Source: a candidate division FCPU426 bacterium (GTDB taxonomy: Bacteria > Oederibacteriota > Muellerivitia > Muellerivitales > DAHXKG01). From it: 64,000 bases of DNA. Made by a program: the position numbers and the translations under genes. The notes below the pieces were generated by a model. It was given only the letters and a program-made list of their open reading frames with translations, made no database searches and was not told the origin of the DNA. Where the stretch lies: the NCBI GenBank assembly GCA_027366525.1, contig DAHXKG010000003.1, positions 72,097-136,096 of the forward strand. The letters are read 5' to 3'. Shown piece after piece: positions 40,963 through 51,067 of the stretch (positions within the stretch are counted from its first letter, which is position 1; each line of letters begins with the position of its first letter).

Positions 40963-42367
40963 GATCGGATTTTCGTATTTCCATGAAGATATTAACACCC
41001 GTTGAATCGGATAAGACGTTCACTTGTTGTGGCTTGATACAATCGGGTGCAAGGGCGGATAATTGTTGTTCATTGCGATAAATTAAAAACCATTCGGCAA
41101 AATACTCCATAATGCTTTTAGAAGGATTGGATGTATGTACGTTGGTTACAACCAGCAAGCCGTTTGGAGCGAGCTGAGTATAAAAAAAATTCATTAACTG
41201 TTTGCAAATTTTATCCGACAAATAATCAAAGAGTCCGGCACAATAAATGAGATCATACGAATTCGTGGTTATTTCATTTGATTTAAAACTTTCTTTTAAG
41301 AGTTGCGTTACTGATTTTTTGATGAAGTGAATGTCGGACTGAAAATGATTTTGCGTTTTCAATGCACGAACCAAATTTTGAACATAATTGAGAGTTTCAT
41401 CATTGAAATCAACAAGCGTAAATTCGGCATCTCGTACCGAAGATTGAGAGAGAAAATGCTGAACTTCCTGAGCAGGACCACATCCTAGGTTAAAGACTCG
41501 AATACGTTTCTTTTTTAGCGATAGCTTATACGTCTCATTTTCAATTTGTTGAATTAAATATTGAATACGATTTCGGTGAGCTTCAGCTGGTGGTGTTTTC
41601 CAGAAAAAAAAATTTATCATTTTTGAGAAAAGCGAAGATCCAATAAAAGGATTACCTAAAATCATGCGAACCATTTCATAGTCTCCGGCATATCCTAGCG
41701 GTTTATGAAAAATGCGATGCATAAAGGGGGAACAAAGGATTAATGAATGAAGTTGACGTTGGGCATAAATTCTGTGGATGGATTGAAGTTCGGGTTGAAT
41801 AATTTGTGTGATTTTTTCAAAACGACTAAAAAGGTGATAGGTAGTTTCTAAAAACGGTTTTTCTAATTTTTGAATCGTTTCCTGCTCCAATTGGGGCTGA
41901 AGTTTGGGGGAATTTGTTTGTAGTTGAAATTCAATTTGTTCTAGCCACTGTCTTAGTTCTACTAACAGAACATAGATATCGGCAATAATCACCTTGAATT
42001 CAGGAATAATAGTATTAGTTTTTTCAAATTCTTTTAAGAAATGGTCGAACTCAAGTTCTATTTGATATTTTGGATGTGTAAAAAAAAAATCGATATTAAG
42101 CCATGAATTTTCTAAAGTCGCTTCGCAAATCAAAACGATGCCTGTATTGACCAGATTACTGACCGTGGCTCGGCCTGAGTAAAGAATTTGTTCTCCCAAA
42201 ATAATTTGAAATTCGGTAAGAACTTCAGACAGTTGAATGACGCTATAAATATTATAAATTTCAAAAACAATTTGATATCTGGTTAAATGCAATGAGGTCG
42301 CTTGAAATTTAATTCCTTGACTGTTTTTCCCAATAACAAATGTATTCTTTCCAAGTGTGGAAATCAT
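40955..42367 (-). CDS. Class I SAM methyltransferase, PhcB-like (3-hydroxy fatty acid methyl ester synthase)
   Basis: KPLGYAGDYEMV, AHRNRI, NLGCGPA, YCAGLFDYL, W.LIYR; operon with HK and REC-HK. Confidence 0.75.
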   Translation of the reverse strand: MISTLGKNTFVIGKNSQGIKFQATSLHLTRYQIVFEIYNIYSVIQLSEVLTEFQIILGEQILYSGRATVSNLVNTGIVLICEATLENSWLNIDFFFTHPKYQIELEFDHFLKEFEKTNTIIPEFKVIIADIYVLLVELRQWLEQIEFQLQTNSPKLQPQLEQETIQKLEKPFLETTYHLFSRFEKITQIIQPELQSIHRIYAQRQLHSLILCSPFMHRIFHKPLGYAGDYEMVRMILGNPFIGSSLFSKMINFFFWKTPPAEAHRNRIQYLIQQIENETYKLSLKKKRIRVFNLGCGPAQEVQHFLSQSSVRDAEFTLVDFNDETLNYVQNLVRALKTQNHFQSDIHFIKKSVTQLLKESFKSNEITTNSYDLIYCAGLFDYLSDKICKQLMNFFYTQLAPNGLLVVTNVHTSNPSKSIMEYFAEWFLIYRNEQQLSALAPDCIKPQQVNVLSDSTGVNIFMEIRKSDHD

Positions 42368-42745
42368 AAAATTTTTAGGTACCTTGAAATTTATAATAAA
42401 TAATTTATAGACTTATTATACTCGTAAGCAGCATTGCATAGAAAAATGTAAGTAAAAAAAAGATTAATAAAAGTGTTTAAATTTTGTCCGAAATTATTAA
42501 AAGCAAATTGAGAGTGAATCGATTCAGAGAGCATGAAGTAAAAAATTTTAGTAGAGGGAGTGATGCAGTCTGCTCAATTGAGTTCGATCCGAAGTGATAT
42601 TTGTCTAAAATGTTTATAATTCCAAATGATGGATAAGCGATGGAGTAATACAAATGCTTATTTGATAAATGGATATAAAATAAATGCTTTTTTTACCTTT
42701 TAAAAAGACAACAATAAAGTGGGCCATTTATCAAAGAGCGTCCTC

Positions 42746-42774
42746 TTGACTCTCATGGTAAAACCAAGCATTAT
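42746..42774 (+). promoter_or_regulatory. Putative sigma70 promoter of the erpA-gcv-lipA operon
   Basis: TTGACT-N17-CATTAT upstream of the AAGGAG RBS. Confidence 0.45.
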
Positions 42775-42823
42775 ATAGTTAGTACTAGGTGGCTTAAGAT
42801 ATTTTTTTAAGGAGATATATGTT

Positions 42824-43147
42824 ATGGTTAATTTGACCGATGCGGCAGTTCAGAAGATCAAGGATTTTTCGACCCAGAATAGCAGTTATCAAGGCAAATT
42901 TTTTAGAGTTTTTATTCAAAGCGGTGGATGCCATGGTTTTTCGTATGGATTCACATTTGATCAAAAACGGGACAATGACGAGATTAATCAGATAAGCGAT
43001 TTGGAAGTATTGATCGATTCAGAAAGTTCAAAATATTTGAGTGGCTCTAAAATTGATTATATCGAGGATCTACACGGCGCTGGATTTGTAGTGGAAAATC
43101 CTAATGCCAAAGGGTCCTGTGGGTGTGGAAATTCTGTAAATTTTTAA
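42824..43147 (+). CDS. erpA: A-type Fe-S carrier (ErpA/IscA, HesB family)
   Basis: GGCHGFSY and NPNA..SCGCGNS. Confidence 0.9.
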   Translation: MVNLTDAAVQKIKDFSTQNSSYQGKFFRVFIQSGGCHGFSYGFTFDQKRDNDEINQISDLEVLIDSESSKYLSGSKIDYIEDLHGAGFVVENPNAKGSCGCGNSVNF

Positions 43148-43203
43148 TTGGCAAATCTCTAATCCCAATAGAATAAGACGAGAGGTGAGATGAGAGGATA
43201 GCT

Positions 43204-43446
43204 ATGTTACCAAACGCCGTTGTTTTATCGACGGACATTTTAGCTGATAAATCAGGCAAAGTAACGGAACAATCAGTCACTGAGAAATTCAAGTTGTTCC
43301 AACCTGAAGAATACCAAGGCAAAAAAGTAATGATTAAGGGTTGCGCTCCTTCATGGGCGGTTTTAATGTTGCAACATAAACTTGAAGGAATTGCGGCAAG
43401 TTTGTCTTTTGTTCTTTACGATGGAAAAGAATATCAAATTTGGTAA
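43204..43446 (+). CDS. Small protein resembling the DUF2480 C-terminal domain
   Basis: YQGKKVMIKGCA..WAVLML..KL..IAASL pattern; GAGGA RBS. Confidence 0.5.
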   Translation: MLPNAVVLSTDILADKSGKVTEQSVTEKFKLFQPEEYQGKKVMIKGCAPSWAVLMLQHKLEGIAASLSFVLYDGKEYQIW

Positions 43447-43458
43447 GCTGATCTTACC

Positions 43459-44169
43459 ATGTCCAATTCAACCCAAATTATTTCATGGAAACTTTTGCGA
43501 TCATCATTTCAACCGCATTGTTCTCATATGCAGTGGGATCGAGAGCAATTTGAAGCATTTCAAGAAGACGATACTCCATTACTCCGATTTTATTCATTTC
43601 AAGCTCCAACGATAACGATTGGTCGATTAGAAGTCCAGCAGGGACATCGGATCCCATCGCATGTTCCGATTGACGTTCGACCGACAGGCGGACGAGCCGT
43701 GTATCATGGCTCGAAAGACTTATGCTATTCGGTGATGGCCCCTTGTTGGAATTCGCAGGTCGGTGGATCATTACTGGAAAGTTACCTTAAAATCAGTCGA
43801 ATCTTGCAAGCAGCGTTCCTTGCGTTAGGAAAAAATGTTGAACTTGCATCACATCGGATACCGACTCAAAAAGCTAAACATTGTTTTTCATCGCCTTCAT
43901 ATGCAGAACTGCTTTTGCATGATAAAAAAATAGCCGGCGGCGCGCAATGCCGTCGTCAAAATGTTTTTTTACAGCAAGGTGTTATCTTATTGGACGTGGA
44001 TCCAGAATGGGAATGTTTGAGTCCTGAATGGAGGGGAGAAGGGATGGCGGGATTAAATTATGAAAATGAACAATACATTTCTAGGCCACAACTAGAAGCA
44101 GCCATCATCAAAAGTTTTGAAGCGTGTGGCATTGGGTGGCTCGAATATGATTTTCATAATGGAAAGTAA
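43459..44169 (+). CDS. Lipoate-protein ligase family (LipM/LplA-like)
   Basis: LRFY, RPTGGRAVYH, KKIAGGAQ, LQQG. Confidence 0.85.
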   Translation: MSNSTQIISWKLLRSSFQPHCSHMQWDREQFEAFQEDDTPLLRFYSFQAPTITIGRLEVQQGHRIPSHVPIDVRPTGGRAVYHGSKDLCYSVMAPCWNSQVGGSLLESYLKISRILQAAFLALGKNVELASHRIPTQKAKHCFSSPSYAELLLHDKKIAGGAQCRRQNVFLQQGVILLDVDPEWECLSPEWRGEGMAGLNYENEQYISRPQLEAAIIKSFEACGIGWLEYDFHNGK

Positions 44170-44175
44170 AAAAGC

Positions 44176-45477
44176 ATGAAAAAATTTGATGTCCTTGTTA
44201 TTGGAGGTGGACCTGGCGGATATCGATCCGCATTCCATTTAGCGCGACAAGGCAAATCAGTAGCTTTGTTTGAAAAAGATAAATTGGGAGGATCCTGTCT
44301 CCATCGAGGATGTATTCCAACCAAAATGATGCAGGTAGCAGCCAATCACTATGTTACTTTGATCCAAGAATCAAAAGATTGGGGCATTGAGTTTGATGCG
44401 GTTCGATTGAATTTTCATGCGATTATTCAAAGATTGCAGCGAACGGTATCCATTTTGGAACGCGGGATTCAATCGTTGCTTCAAACCGCAAATGTAGAAA
44501 TTATTCACGGCGAAGCGATGATTCGGGAACCTCACTGGGTGCAATGTGGTTTAGAAGATTATCAAGGTGAAAAATTGATTCTTGCAACCGGATCACGTCC
44601 ACGTCAGATTCCATCATGGGAACTTTCAGAAACTGTTGTTACGAGTGATGAGCTGCTGCTCAAACCCAAGCTGCCTAAATCATTGTTGATAATTGGAGGA
44701 GGGATTATTGGATTAGAGTTTGCATGTTTGTATGCGCACTGGGGTGTGCCGGTTCGCATTAGTGAAATTGCTGCAGACCTGCTTCCATCCCAGGATGCGG
44801 AAGTGAGACAAATTCTATTAAATGCGCTCCAGAAAATGGGTGTCGTCCTGGAATTGGGGGTGTCTTCAGTTCATCGCCAAGACGAAGAATTAGTTTTAAT
44901 TGCGATAGGACGCAAAACGAATATTGACCTGGCGGGACTTCAAAATCTCCATCTTCAAATAAATCAAGAACGTGTTACCACGAATGAATATCTTCAAACC
45001 TCGCATCCCGATGTTTTTGCAATTGGAGATTTGACCACGCGCTATCCGTATGCCCATACCGCCTATGAACACGCAAGAATTGTCAGCCAATACTTGGGGG
45101 GAGCATCAAACATAAAACCACTCAATGATCAAATTATTCCACATGTAATATTTACATCGCCGGAAATAGCCTCAATTGGGTGGACTGAATTTCAAGCACG
45201 ACAAACCAGTCATTCTGTTAAAATTATTAAAAAAAATTGGGCTGCTAATAGTAAGGCTCGAATCTTGGGAAAAATTCAAGGATTTAGTAAGGTGATTTAT
45301 GACGGAATTTCAGGTAAAATTCTAGGTTGTCATCTTGTCGGGCCTTCAGCTACGGATTTAATTGGCGAAGCCTGCGTATGGATGGCAAAAAATCTTACGA
45401 TAGAAGAAATTCAGACAGTGCTTCATCCACATCCCACGTTAAGTGAAATTTTTGATTATCAAGAACAGGAGATGTAA
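44176..45477 (+). CDS. lpdA: Dihydrolipoyl dehydrogenase (GCS L protein)
   Basis: GGGPGG, GGSCLHRGCIP, GGGIIGLE, HPHPTLSE. Confidence 0.93.
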   Translation: MKKFDVLVIGGGPGGYRSAFHLARQGKSVALFEKDKLGGSCLHRGCIPTKMMQVAANHYVTLIQESKDWGIEFDAVRLNFHAIIQRLQRTVSILERGIQSLLQTANVEIIHGEAMIREPHWVQCGLEDYQGEKLILATGSRPRQIPSWELSETVVTSDELLLKPKLPKSLLIIGGGIIGLEFACLYAHWGVPVRISEIAADLLPSQDAEVRQILLNALQKMGVVLELGVSSVHRQDEELVLIAIGRKTNIDLAGLQNLHLQINQERVTTNEYLQTSHPDVFAIGDLTTRYPYAHTAYEHARIVSQYLGGASNIKPLNDQIIPHVIFTSPEIASIGWTEFQARQTSHSVKIIKKNWAANSKARILGKIQGFSKVIYDGISGKILGCHLVGPSATDLIGEACVWMAKNLTIEEIQTVLHPHPTLSEIFDYQEQEM

Positions 45478-45479
45478 AT

Positions 45480-45728
45480 ATGAAAAAATATATTGCAGGG
45501 ATAGGGTTGGGGGTTTTTATGATGGGATGGGCTATGATGGCATCAGCACGCGTGATTTATCAGTCCACGCATACTGCCAATTTTAACTGGAAATTTGGTC
45601 AACCAATTCGATCAACGTGGACTATCCGACAAAATCTACCGTATACTTCAAAATCGATAGAACCCAGGCCAACACCCGATATCAAATTGAATGATCCACG
45701 GCTACGAAATCAAGGATGGAATTGGTGA
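45480..45728 (+). CDS. Hypothetical small secreted protein
   Basis: Signal peptide (MKKYIAG...ASA), AGGAG RBS. Confidence 0.55.
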   Translation: MKKYIAGIGLGVFMMGWAMMASARVIYQSTHTANFNWKFGQPIRSTWTIRQNLPYTSKSIEPRPTPDIKLNDPRLRNQGWNW

Positions 45729-45781
45729 TTTTGAAAGGATGAATCGTCATCAATGAACCTCGTATTGTATGGGAATGGAAA

Positions 45782-46873
45782 ATGAAAGATACTTTTTGTC
45801 TCTCGTGGGATCAAGCGCATGGCGCTCGATTAGTGGATTTTCATGGTTGGCGGATGCCTATATCTTATGCTAAGGGCATTCTTTATGAACACCAAGCTAC
45901 GCGTACGCAGGCCGGTCTTTTTAACATTTCTCATATGGGCCGTTTGTTTATCACCGGTAATGAGGCTACAAAATTTTCCAATTTTGCACTTACGAATGAC
46001 ATTGAGGCGTTACCGATCAACAACGCAGAATATGGACTTCTATTAAATCAAACTGGCGGCATTATTGATGATGTTATTGTTTATAAATATTCGCCCCACA
46101 AGATTTTATGGATTGTAAATGCTGGAAATTTAGAAAAAGATTTACAACATTTACAACAGCTAGCTCAAAACTATGAAATCACGATACAAAATATCTCGGA
46201 GGAAACGGCGCTTTTAGCACTCCAAGGACCTTGGTCTCAAAAAGTACTTGCCCCGATTTTTGAAGGCCAAGATTTATCACAAATTCCGTATTTTGGATTT
46301 ACAGAAGGGTGTTTGCTAGGCCGCCATGTTTTGGTGATGGCAACCGGATATACAGGGGAAGATGGCTATGAATTGATGATGGACCAAAAAGATGCCATGC
46401 CTATTTGGGAACAATTAGCACAGATTTCGGGCGTGGAACCATGTGGACTAGGAGCTCGGGACTCTTTGAGATTGGAGGCAGGACTTCCGCTTCATGGAAA
46501 TGAAATGGATGAAACTACGCAACCATTTGAAGTATCCTTGAATTGGGCAGTAAAAATGAATAAACCTGGTGGGTTTTATGGGAAAGAATCATTAAAACTG
46601 AACCCCAATCGCCAATTAATTGGTGTCAATCTAGTTAATTCAGTCATTCCACGGTCTGGGCAAATGATTTTTAACCAAGATAAAGTTGTAGGACATGTAA
46701 CTAGTGGCAATTTTTCTCCGACCTTAAAAAAAGGCATTGCTTTAGGTTCTGTTCAAAAGGACAACTTAAATCAATCACTCACCATTGAAATTCGTGGAAA
46801 ACATCAGCCAATATTTATTTCCAAATTACCTTGGGTGAGAAATATAAAAAAAAAGAAAGCTAAACGACCATAA
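45782..46873 (+). CDS. gcvT: Glycine cleavage aminomethyltransferase
   Basis: FHGWRMP, SHMG, TGYTGEDGYE, GLGARDSLRLEAG. Confidence 0.96.
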   Translation: MKDTFCLSWDQAHGARLVDFHGWRMPISYAKGILYEHQATRTQAGLFNISHMGRLFITGNEATKFSNFALTNDIEALPINNAEYGLLLNQTGGIIDDVIVYKYSPHKILWIVNAGNLEKDLQHLQQLAQNYEITIQNISEETALLALQGPWSQKVLAPIFEGQDLSQIPYFGFTEGCLLGRHVLVMATGYTGEDGYELMMDQKDAMPIWEQLAQISGVEPCGLGARDSLRLEAGLPLHGNEMDETTQPFEVSLNWAVKMNKPGGFYGKESLKLNPNRQLIGVNLVNSVIPRSGQMIFNQDKVVGHVTSGNFSPTLKKGIALGSVQKDNLNQSLTIEIRGKHQPIFISKLPWVRNIKKKKAKRP

Positions 46874-46977
46874 TAAATATTACTTTAAAATATTTTTTTT
46901 TTAGGTAATATCAATGCAAATTAACAATTAACTTTGGAATGCGATGGGATCCGATTTTTAATTTAAGAAAGGGTGAT

Positions 46978-47352
46978 ATGAAAAAGTTTTCAAAATCCCA
47001 TGAGTGGTATGAACCAATCAATGATCATGGCATCCGCATAGGTATTACGCATCATGCGGCCGTTGAATTATCGGATGTGGTCTTTGTTGAATTTCCAGAT
47101 ATTGGAAAAAAATTAAGCGATCGACAAAGCGTTTGCGTCTTGGAATCAGTTAAAGCCGTTGCCGATGTTTATAGTCTGGCAGGGGAAGTCATCGCGATAA
47201 ATGAAAAATTGAAAACCGAACCGCAATTGGTGAATCAGGATCCTCAAGGATCCGGATGGCTGGTGGAAGTCCGATTAAATGACATGAATAGTTTGAATAA
47301 TTACATGACCGAAGAAGACTATTTAGAGTTTGTCAATTCATCGTCAACATAA
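46978..47352 (+). CDS. gcvH: Glycine cleavage H protein
   Basis: HEW, GITHHA, ESVKA lipoyl-Lys, GWL; start at MKKF. Confidence 0.95.
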   Translation: MKKFSKSHEWYEPINDHGIRIGITHHAAVELSDVVFVEFPDIGKKLSDRQSVCVLESVKAVADVYSLAGEVIAINEKLKTEPQLVNQDPQGSGWLVEVRLNDMNSLNNYMTEEDYLEFVNSSST

Positions 47353-47370
47353 CTAGAGTTTAGGAACAGC

Positions 47371-50097
47371 ATGAGTTATATACCCATTTCTTTTGAAGAT
47401 GAACAAGCCATGTTGAAAACCATTGGAGCAGCCCGGATGGAAGATCTATTTGTTGATGTTCCACCGTCCGTGATTTTGAAAAATGGTTTAAATCTTCCTT
47501 CGCAAATGAGTGAAATCGAATTAAAACGGTATTTCCGATCTATTGAGAAAAATAACGTTGTAGTTTCCGATCAACCTTGTTTTTTAGGGGCGGGATATTA
47601 TTATCATGAGGTTCCAGCCGTCGTTAAATCTGTTGTGACACGGCCGGAATTTTTAACTTCTTATACACCCTATCAACCAGAAATTGCTCAAGGAACATTA
47701 CAAGTGCTTTTTGATTTTCAATCGTATATGGTGGAATTGACGGGTTTAGAAGTATCAAATGCATCTTTATATGATGGAGCTACCGCAGTTGCCGAAGCAG
47801 TTTTGTTAGGCCTTAGAGTTCAAAAAACTCAAACCGTGCTTTTATCACGTGCTATACATCCGGAATATCGACAAACAATTAAAACTTATTTATCGCCAAG
47901 AGAGATCCCTTGCTTGGAAATTCCATTGGAAGGGGTTCAAACACATTTGGAATTTTTAAAGCAAAACCTGGTACCGCAATCGGTTGTGGTTATTCAATTT
48001 CCCAATTTTTTTGGAGAGATAGAAGATTTAAAAGCGATTTCAGAATTAGTAAAATCCAAGGATGGATTTTTAATCGTTGCAGTAGCGGAAGCCATGCACC
48101 TCGGTCTTTTCCCTTCTATGGGTTCGCTGAATGTGGATGTTTGTGCCGGCAGTGCTCAATCTTTTGGAAACCCATTGTCGTTTGGGGGGCCTCATGCAGG
48201 GTTTTTAACCACGAAACTGGAATTTGTTCGTCAAGTACCGGGGCGTATTGTTGGAGAAACGATGGATCATCGTGGCAACCCGGGACTAGTGTTAACCTTT
48301 CAAGCTCGTGAACAACATATTCGACGAGAAAAAGCCGTCAGTAATGTTTGTACGACACAATCCCTAATGGCTAATTTTGCATCCGCTTGGCTTTACTTAA
48401 AAGGGGGTAAAAATGTTCAAGAAATAGCGCTTAGTGGAATTAAAAATGCCCATTTTTTAGTAAAAGAATTAAAAAAAGATCCGACTTTTTCAATTCTGTC
48501 TTCAGCATATACCAATGAATTTGTTCTCAAAACGTCTAAAAAGGGATTGACGAGTTTTTTGTCACAATGGGGTTTGATTGCGCCATATGATCTGTCGAGT
48601 GACTATCCTGAAATGGAACAATGTGTTTTAGTATCAACGACGGAGGTGACCAGTTTAGAAGATTTAAAAACTTTTCTCGCAGCTTGTAGTGAATTTTCAG
48701 GAAATGCTTTAGCAGCGCCGGCGTTAGATCAAATTGGAGAGATTCCTTCTTGGGTTATTCGGCGCTCCACCCCTAATTTTCCAGAGCACTCGGAGATTGA
48801 ATTGGTCCGATATTATTCACGATTAGCCAAAACCAATTTTTGTATTGATGAAGGATTTTATCCTTTGGGATCATGCACCATGAAATATAATCCGAAAATT
48901 AATGAGGAAATTGCTTTGCAAGATGCTTGGACAAATCTTCATCCCTTACAACGCGAAGAAGAGGTTCAAGGGGCTCTTCAAGTGATGTACGAATTGGAAC
49001 AATGGTTAAAAGAAATAACGGGATGTTTGGCATTCACGCTTCAACCGGCAGCAGGAGCACATGGCGAGTGGACGGCATTATCAATGGCTAAAAAGTATTT
49101 TCAGGACCATGGAGAATCTAACCGAGTACAAGTTTTAGTTCCGGATTCATCACATGGAACCAATCCTGCATCAGCGACGATGGTGGGATGGCAGTGCGTG
49201 AGTATTCCAACCAACACGAGAGGCAATTTGAATTTAGAAGCTTTAAAATCCAAGCTGGGAAAAAATACGGCAGTGCTGATGTTAACTAATCCAAATACGT
49301 TGGGTTTATTTGAAGAACAAATCCTTGAAATATCTAAGTTGGTTCATGATGCTGGAGGACTACTGTATTATGACGGAGCCAACATGAATGCGATTTTGGG
49401 CATTTGCCGGCCAGCCGATATGGGATTTGATTTAGTTCATTTGAATTTGCATAAAACTTTTTCAACACCGCATGGCGGCGGTGGGCCTGGAAGTGGACCC
49501 GTGGGAGCCAGTTTGAAACTGGAACCCTACTTACCTAATCCCCGAGTGATGAAAGAAGGGAATCGATATTTTTTGAAATATCACGACTCTACAATTGGAC
49601 GCGTAAAGGGTAATGTTGGAAATTTTGGAGTCCTTTTGCGAGCTTTGGTTTACTGTAAACGCAATGGGAAATCTGGGTTGGAAAAAATTGGACGTATTGC
49701 GACGTTGAACGCCAATTACTTAAAAACCTTGTTAAAAGATCACTATCCGGTTGCGTTTGATCGAGAATGTAAGCACGAATTTGTCTTAACAATGGAATCC
49801 ATCAAAAAAAAATTCAATATTTCGGCGTTAGATATTGCGAAACGGTTAATTGATTTGCATTATCATCCTCCCACGATATATTTTCCGCTGATTGTGCCTG
49901 AAGCCATGATGATTGAACCAACGGAAACAGAAACCAAACAAACGTTAGATGAATTTGCAAAAGCAATGATTCAAATTCGACAAGAAATCGAGACGGATCC
50001 CCAGAAACTTAAGCAAGCCCCTATATCTTCAATTGTTGGACGGTTGGATGAGGTTTTAGCAATTAAGGAGCCTCGATTAATTCGGAAATGGAGTTGA
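47371..50097 (+). CDS. gcvP: Glycine dehydrogenase P protein, GcvPA-GcvPB fusion
   Basis: TSYTPYQPEIAQG, REQHIRREKA; GSCTMKYNPK, LNLHKTFSTPHGGGGPG, IEPTETE. Confidence 0.95.
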   Translation: MSYIPISFEDEQAMLKTIGAARMEDLFVDVPPSVILKNGLNLPSQMSEIELKRYFRSIEKNNVVVSDQPCFLGAGYYYHEVPAVVKSVVTRPEFLTSYTPYQPEIAQGTLQVLFDFQSYMVELTGLEVSNASLYDGATAVAEAVLLGLRVQKTQTVLLSRAIHPEYRQTIKTYLSPREIPCLEIPLEGVQTHLEFLKQNLVPQSVVVIQFPNFFGEIEDLKAISELVKSKDGFLIVAVAEAMHLGLFPSMGSLNVDVCAGSAQSFGNPLSFGGPHAGFLTTKLEFVRQVPGRIVGETMDHRGNPGLVLTFQAREQHIRREKAVSNVCTTQSLMANFASAWLYLKGGKNVQEIALSGIKNAHFLVKELKKDPTFSILSSAYTNEFVLKTSKKGLTSFLSQWGLIAPYDLSSDYPEMEQCVLVSTTEVTSLEDLKTFLAACSEFSGNALAAPALDQIGEIPSWVIRRSTPNFPEHSEIELVRYYSRLAKTNFCIDEGFYPLGSCTMKYNPKINEEIALQDAWTNLHPLQREEEVQGALQVMYELEQWLKEITGCLAFTLQPAAGAHGEWTALSMAKKYFQDHGESNRVQVLVPDSSHGTNPASATMVGWQCVSIPTNTRGNLNLEALKSKLGKNTAVLMLTNPNTLGLFEEQILEISKLVHDAGGLLYYDGANMNAILGICRPADMGFDLVHLNLHKTFSTPHGGGGPGSGPVGASLKLEPYLPNPRVMKEGNRYFLKYHDSTIGRVKGNVGNFGVLLRALVYCKRNGKSGLEKIGRIATLNANYLKTLLKDHYPVAFDRECKHEFVLTMESIKKKFNISALDIAKRLIDLHYHPPTIYFPLIVPEAMMIEPTETETKQTLDEFAKAMIQIRQEIETDPQKLKQAPISSIVGRLDEVLAIKEPRLIRKWS

Positions 50098-50114
50098 AAG
50101 TAGTTAGATAAAAT

Positions 50115-50984
50115 ATGGTTCAAGAATTGCGCCCAAAATTTCATGAATGGGTTAATCCCCACCCGAAGGTTCGCTTCCGTGAAGAAATAGCCAAACTGCC
50201 CATGAATGGGCTTTTTACGATTTGTGAAGAAGCGAAATGTCCCAATCGTGGCGAATGTTTACCCAAACATCGAACACTTTCCATAATGGTTATGGGCCGG
50301 ATTTGTACCCGTCGATGTCCCTTTTGTTCTGTCTCCACTGGCAAACCTGAGCCGCTGGATCCATGGGAACCTCAAAAAGTATCGACGTTAGCCCAGACAC
50401 TGAATTTAAAATACTTAGTAATGACTTCTCCCAATCGAGATGAACTGCCGGATGGAGGCGCTTCCCAGTGGGTTAAAATTATTTCTACTTTAAGACATCA
50501 GAATCCAGAATTAAAAATTGAAATTTTAGTTCCAGATTTTCAAGGGCGTCAGGAAGCTTTGGAGCAATTATTACAGAATCCCCCCGATGTTTTAGCGCAC
50601 GATCTTCAAACGGTTCCACGATTATATCCAACCATCCGTCCAGGCGCACAATACCATCGATCCTTGTCCATCTTTCAATGGTTTAAACCGCGTTTAACTG
50701 GCCAAAGAAAAAATATATTTTTGAAAGCAGGGATGATGGTTGGTCTCGGGGAAAAACACGAAGAAGTTTTTCAGGTTTTAGAAGATTCAAAAAAGGCAGG
50801 CGTGGATTTTTTTACCATTGGTCAATATCTAAAACCCCCGGGATCCATGCTGGAAGTGGTGGAATATTTACCTCAAGAAGATTATGAGCGATTTAAAAAT
50901 TTCGGACAGAAATTAGGGTTGCGTGTGCAAGCCAGTCCATTAACTCGGTCCAGCTATTTAGCAGATCAACTGACACAACAATAA
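50115..50984 (+). CDS. lipA: Lipoyl synthase
   Basis: CEEAKCPNRGEC, CTRRCPFC, RSSY. Confidence 0.96.
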   Translation: MVQELRPKFHEWVNPHPKVRFREEIAKLPMNGLFTICEEAKCPNRGECLPKHRTLSIMVMGRICTRRCPFCSVSTGKPEPLDPWEPQKVSTLAQTLNLKYLVMTSPNRDELPDGGASQWVKIISTLRHQNPELKIEILVPDFQGRQEALEQLLQNPPDVLAHDLQTVPRLYPTIRPGAQYHRSLSIFQWFKPRLTGQRKNIFLKAGMMVGLGEKHEEVFQVLEDSKKAGVDFFTIGQYLKPPGSMLEVVEYLPQEDYERFKNFGQKLGLRVQASPLTRSSYLADQLTQQ

Positions 50985-51067
50985 ATCATTTTAAAAAATT
51001 TATCCCTTGATTCTTGAGTAACTCGAGGATGTATCATTTGAATAAATCGTAGTTTGGAGGGGAAACA

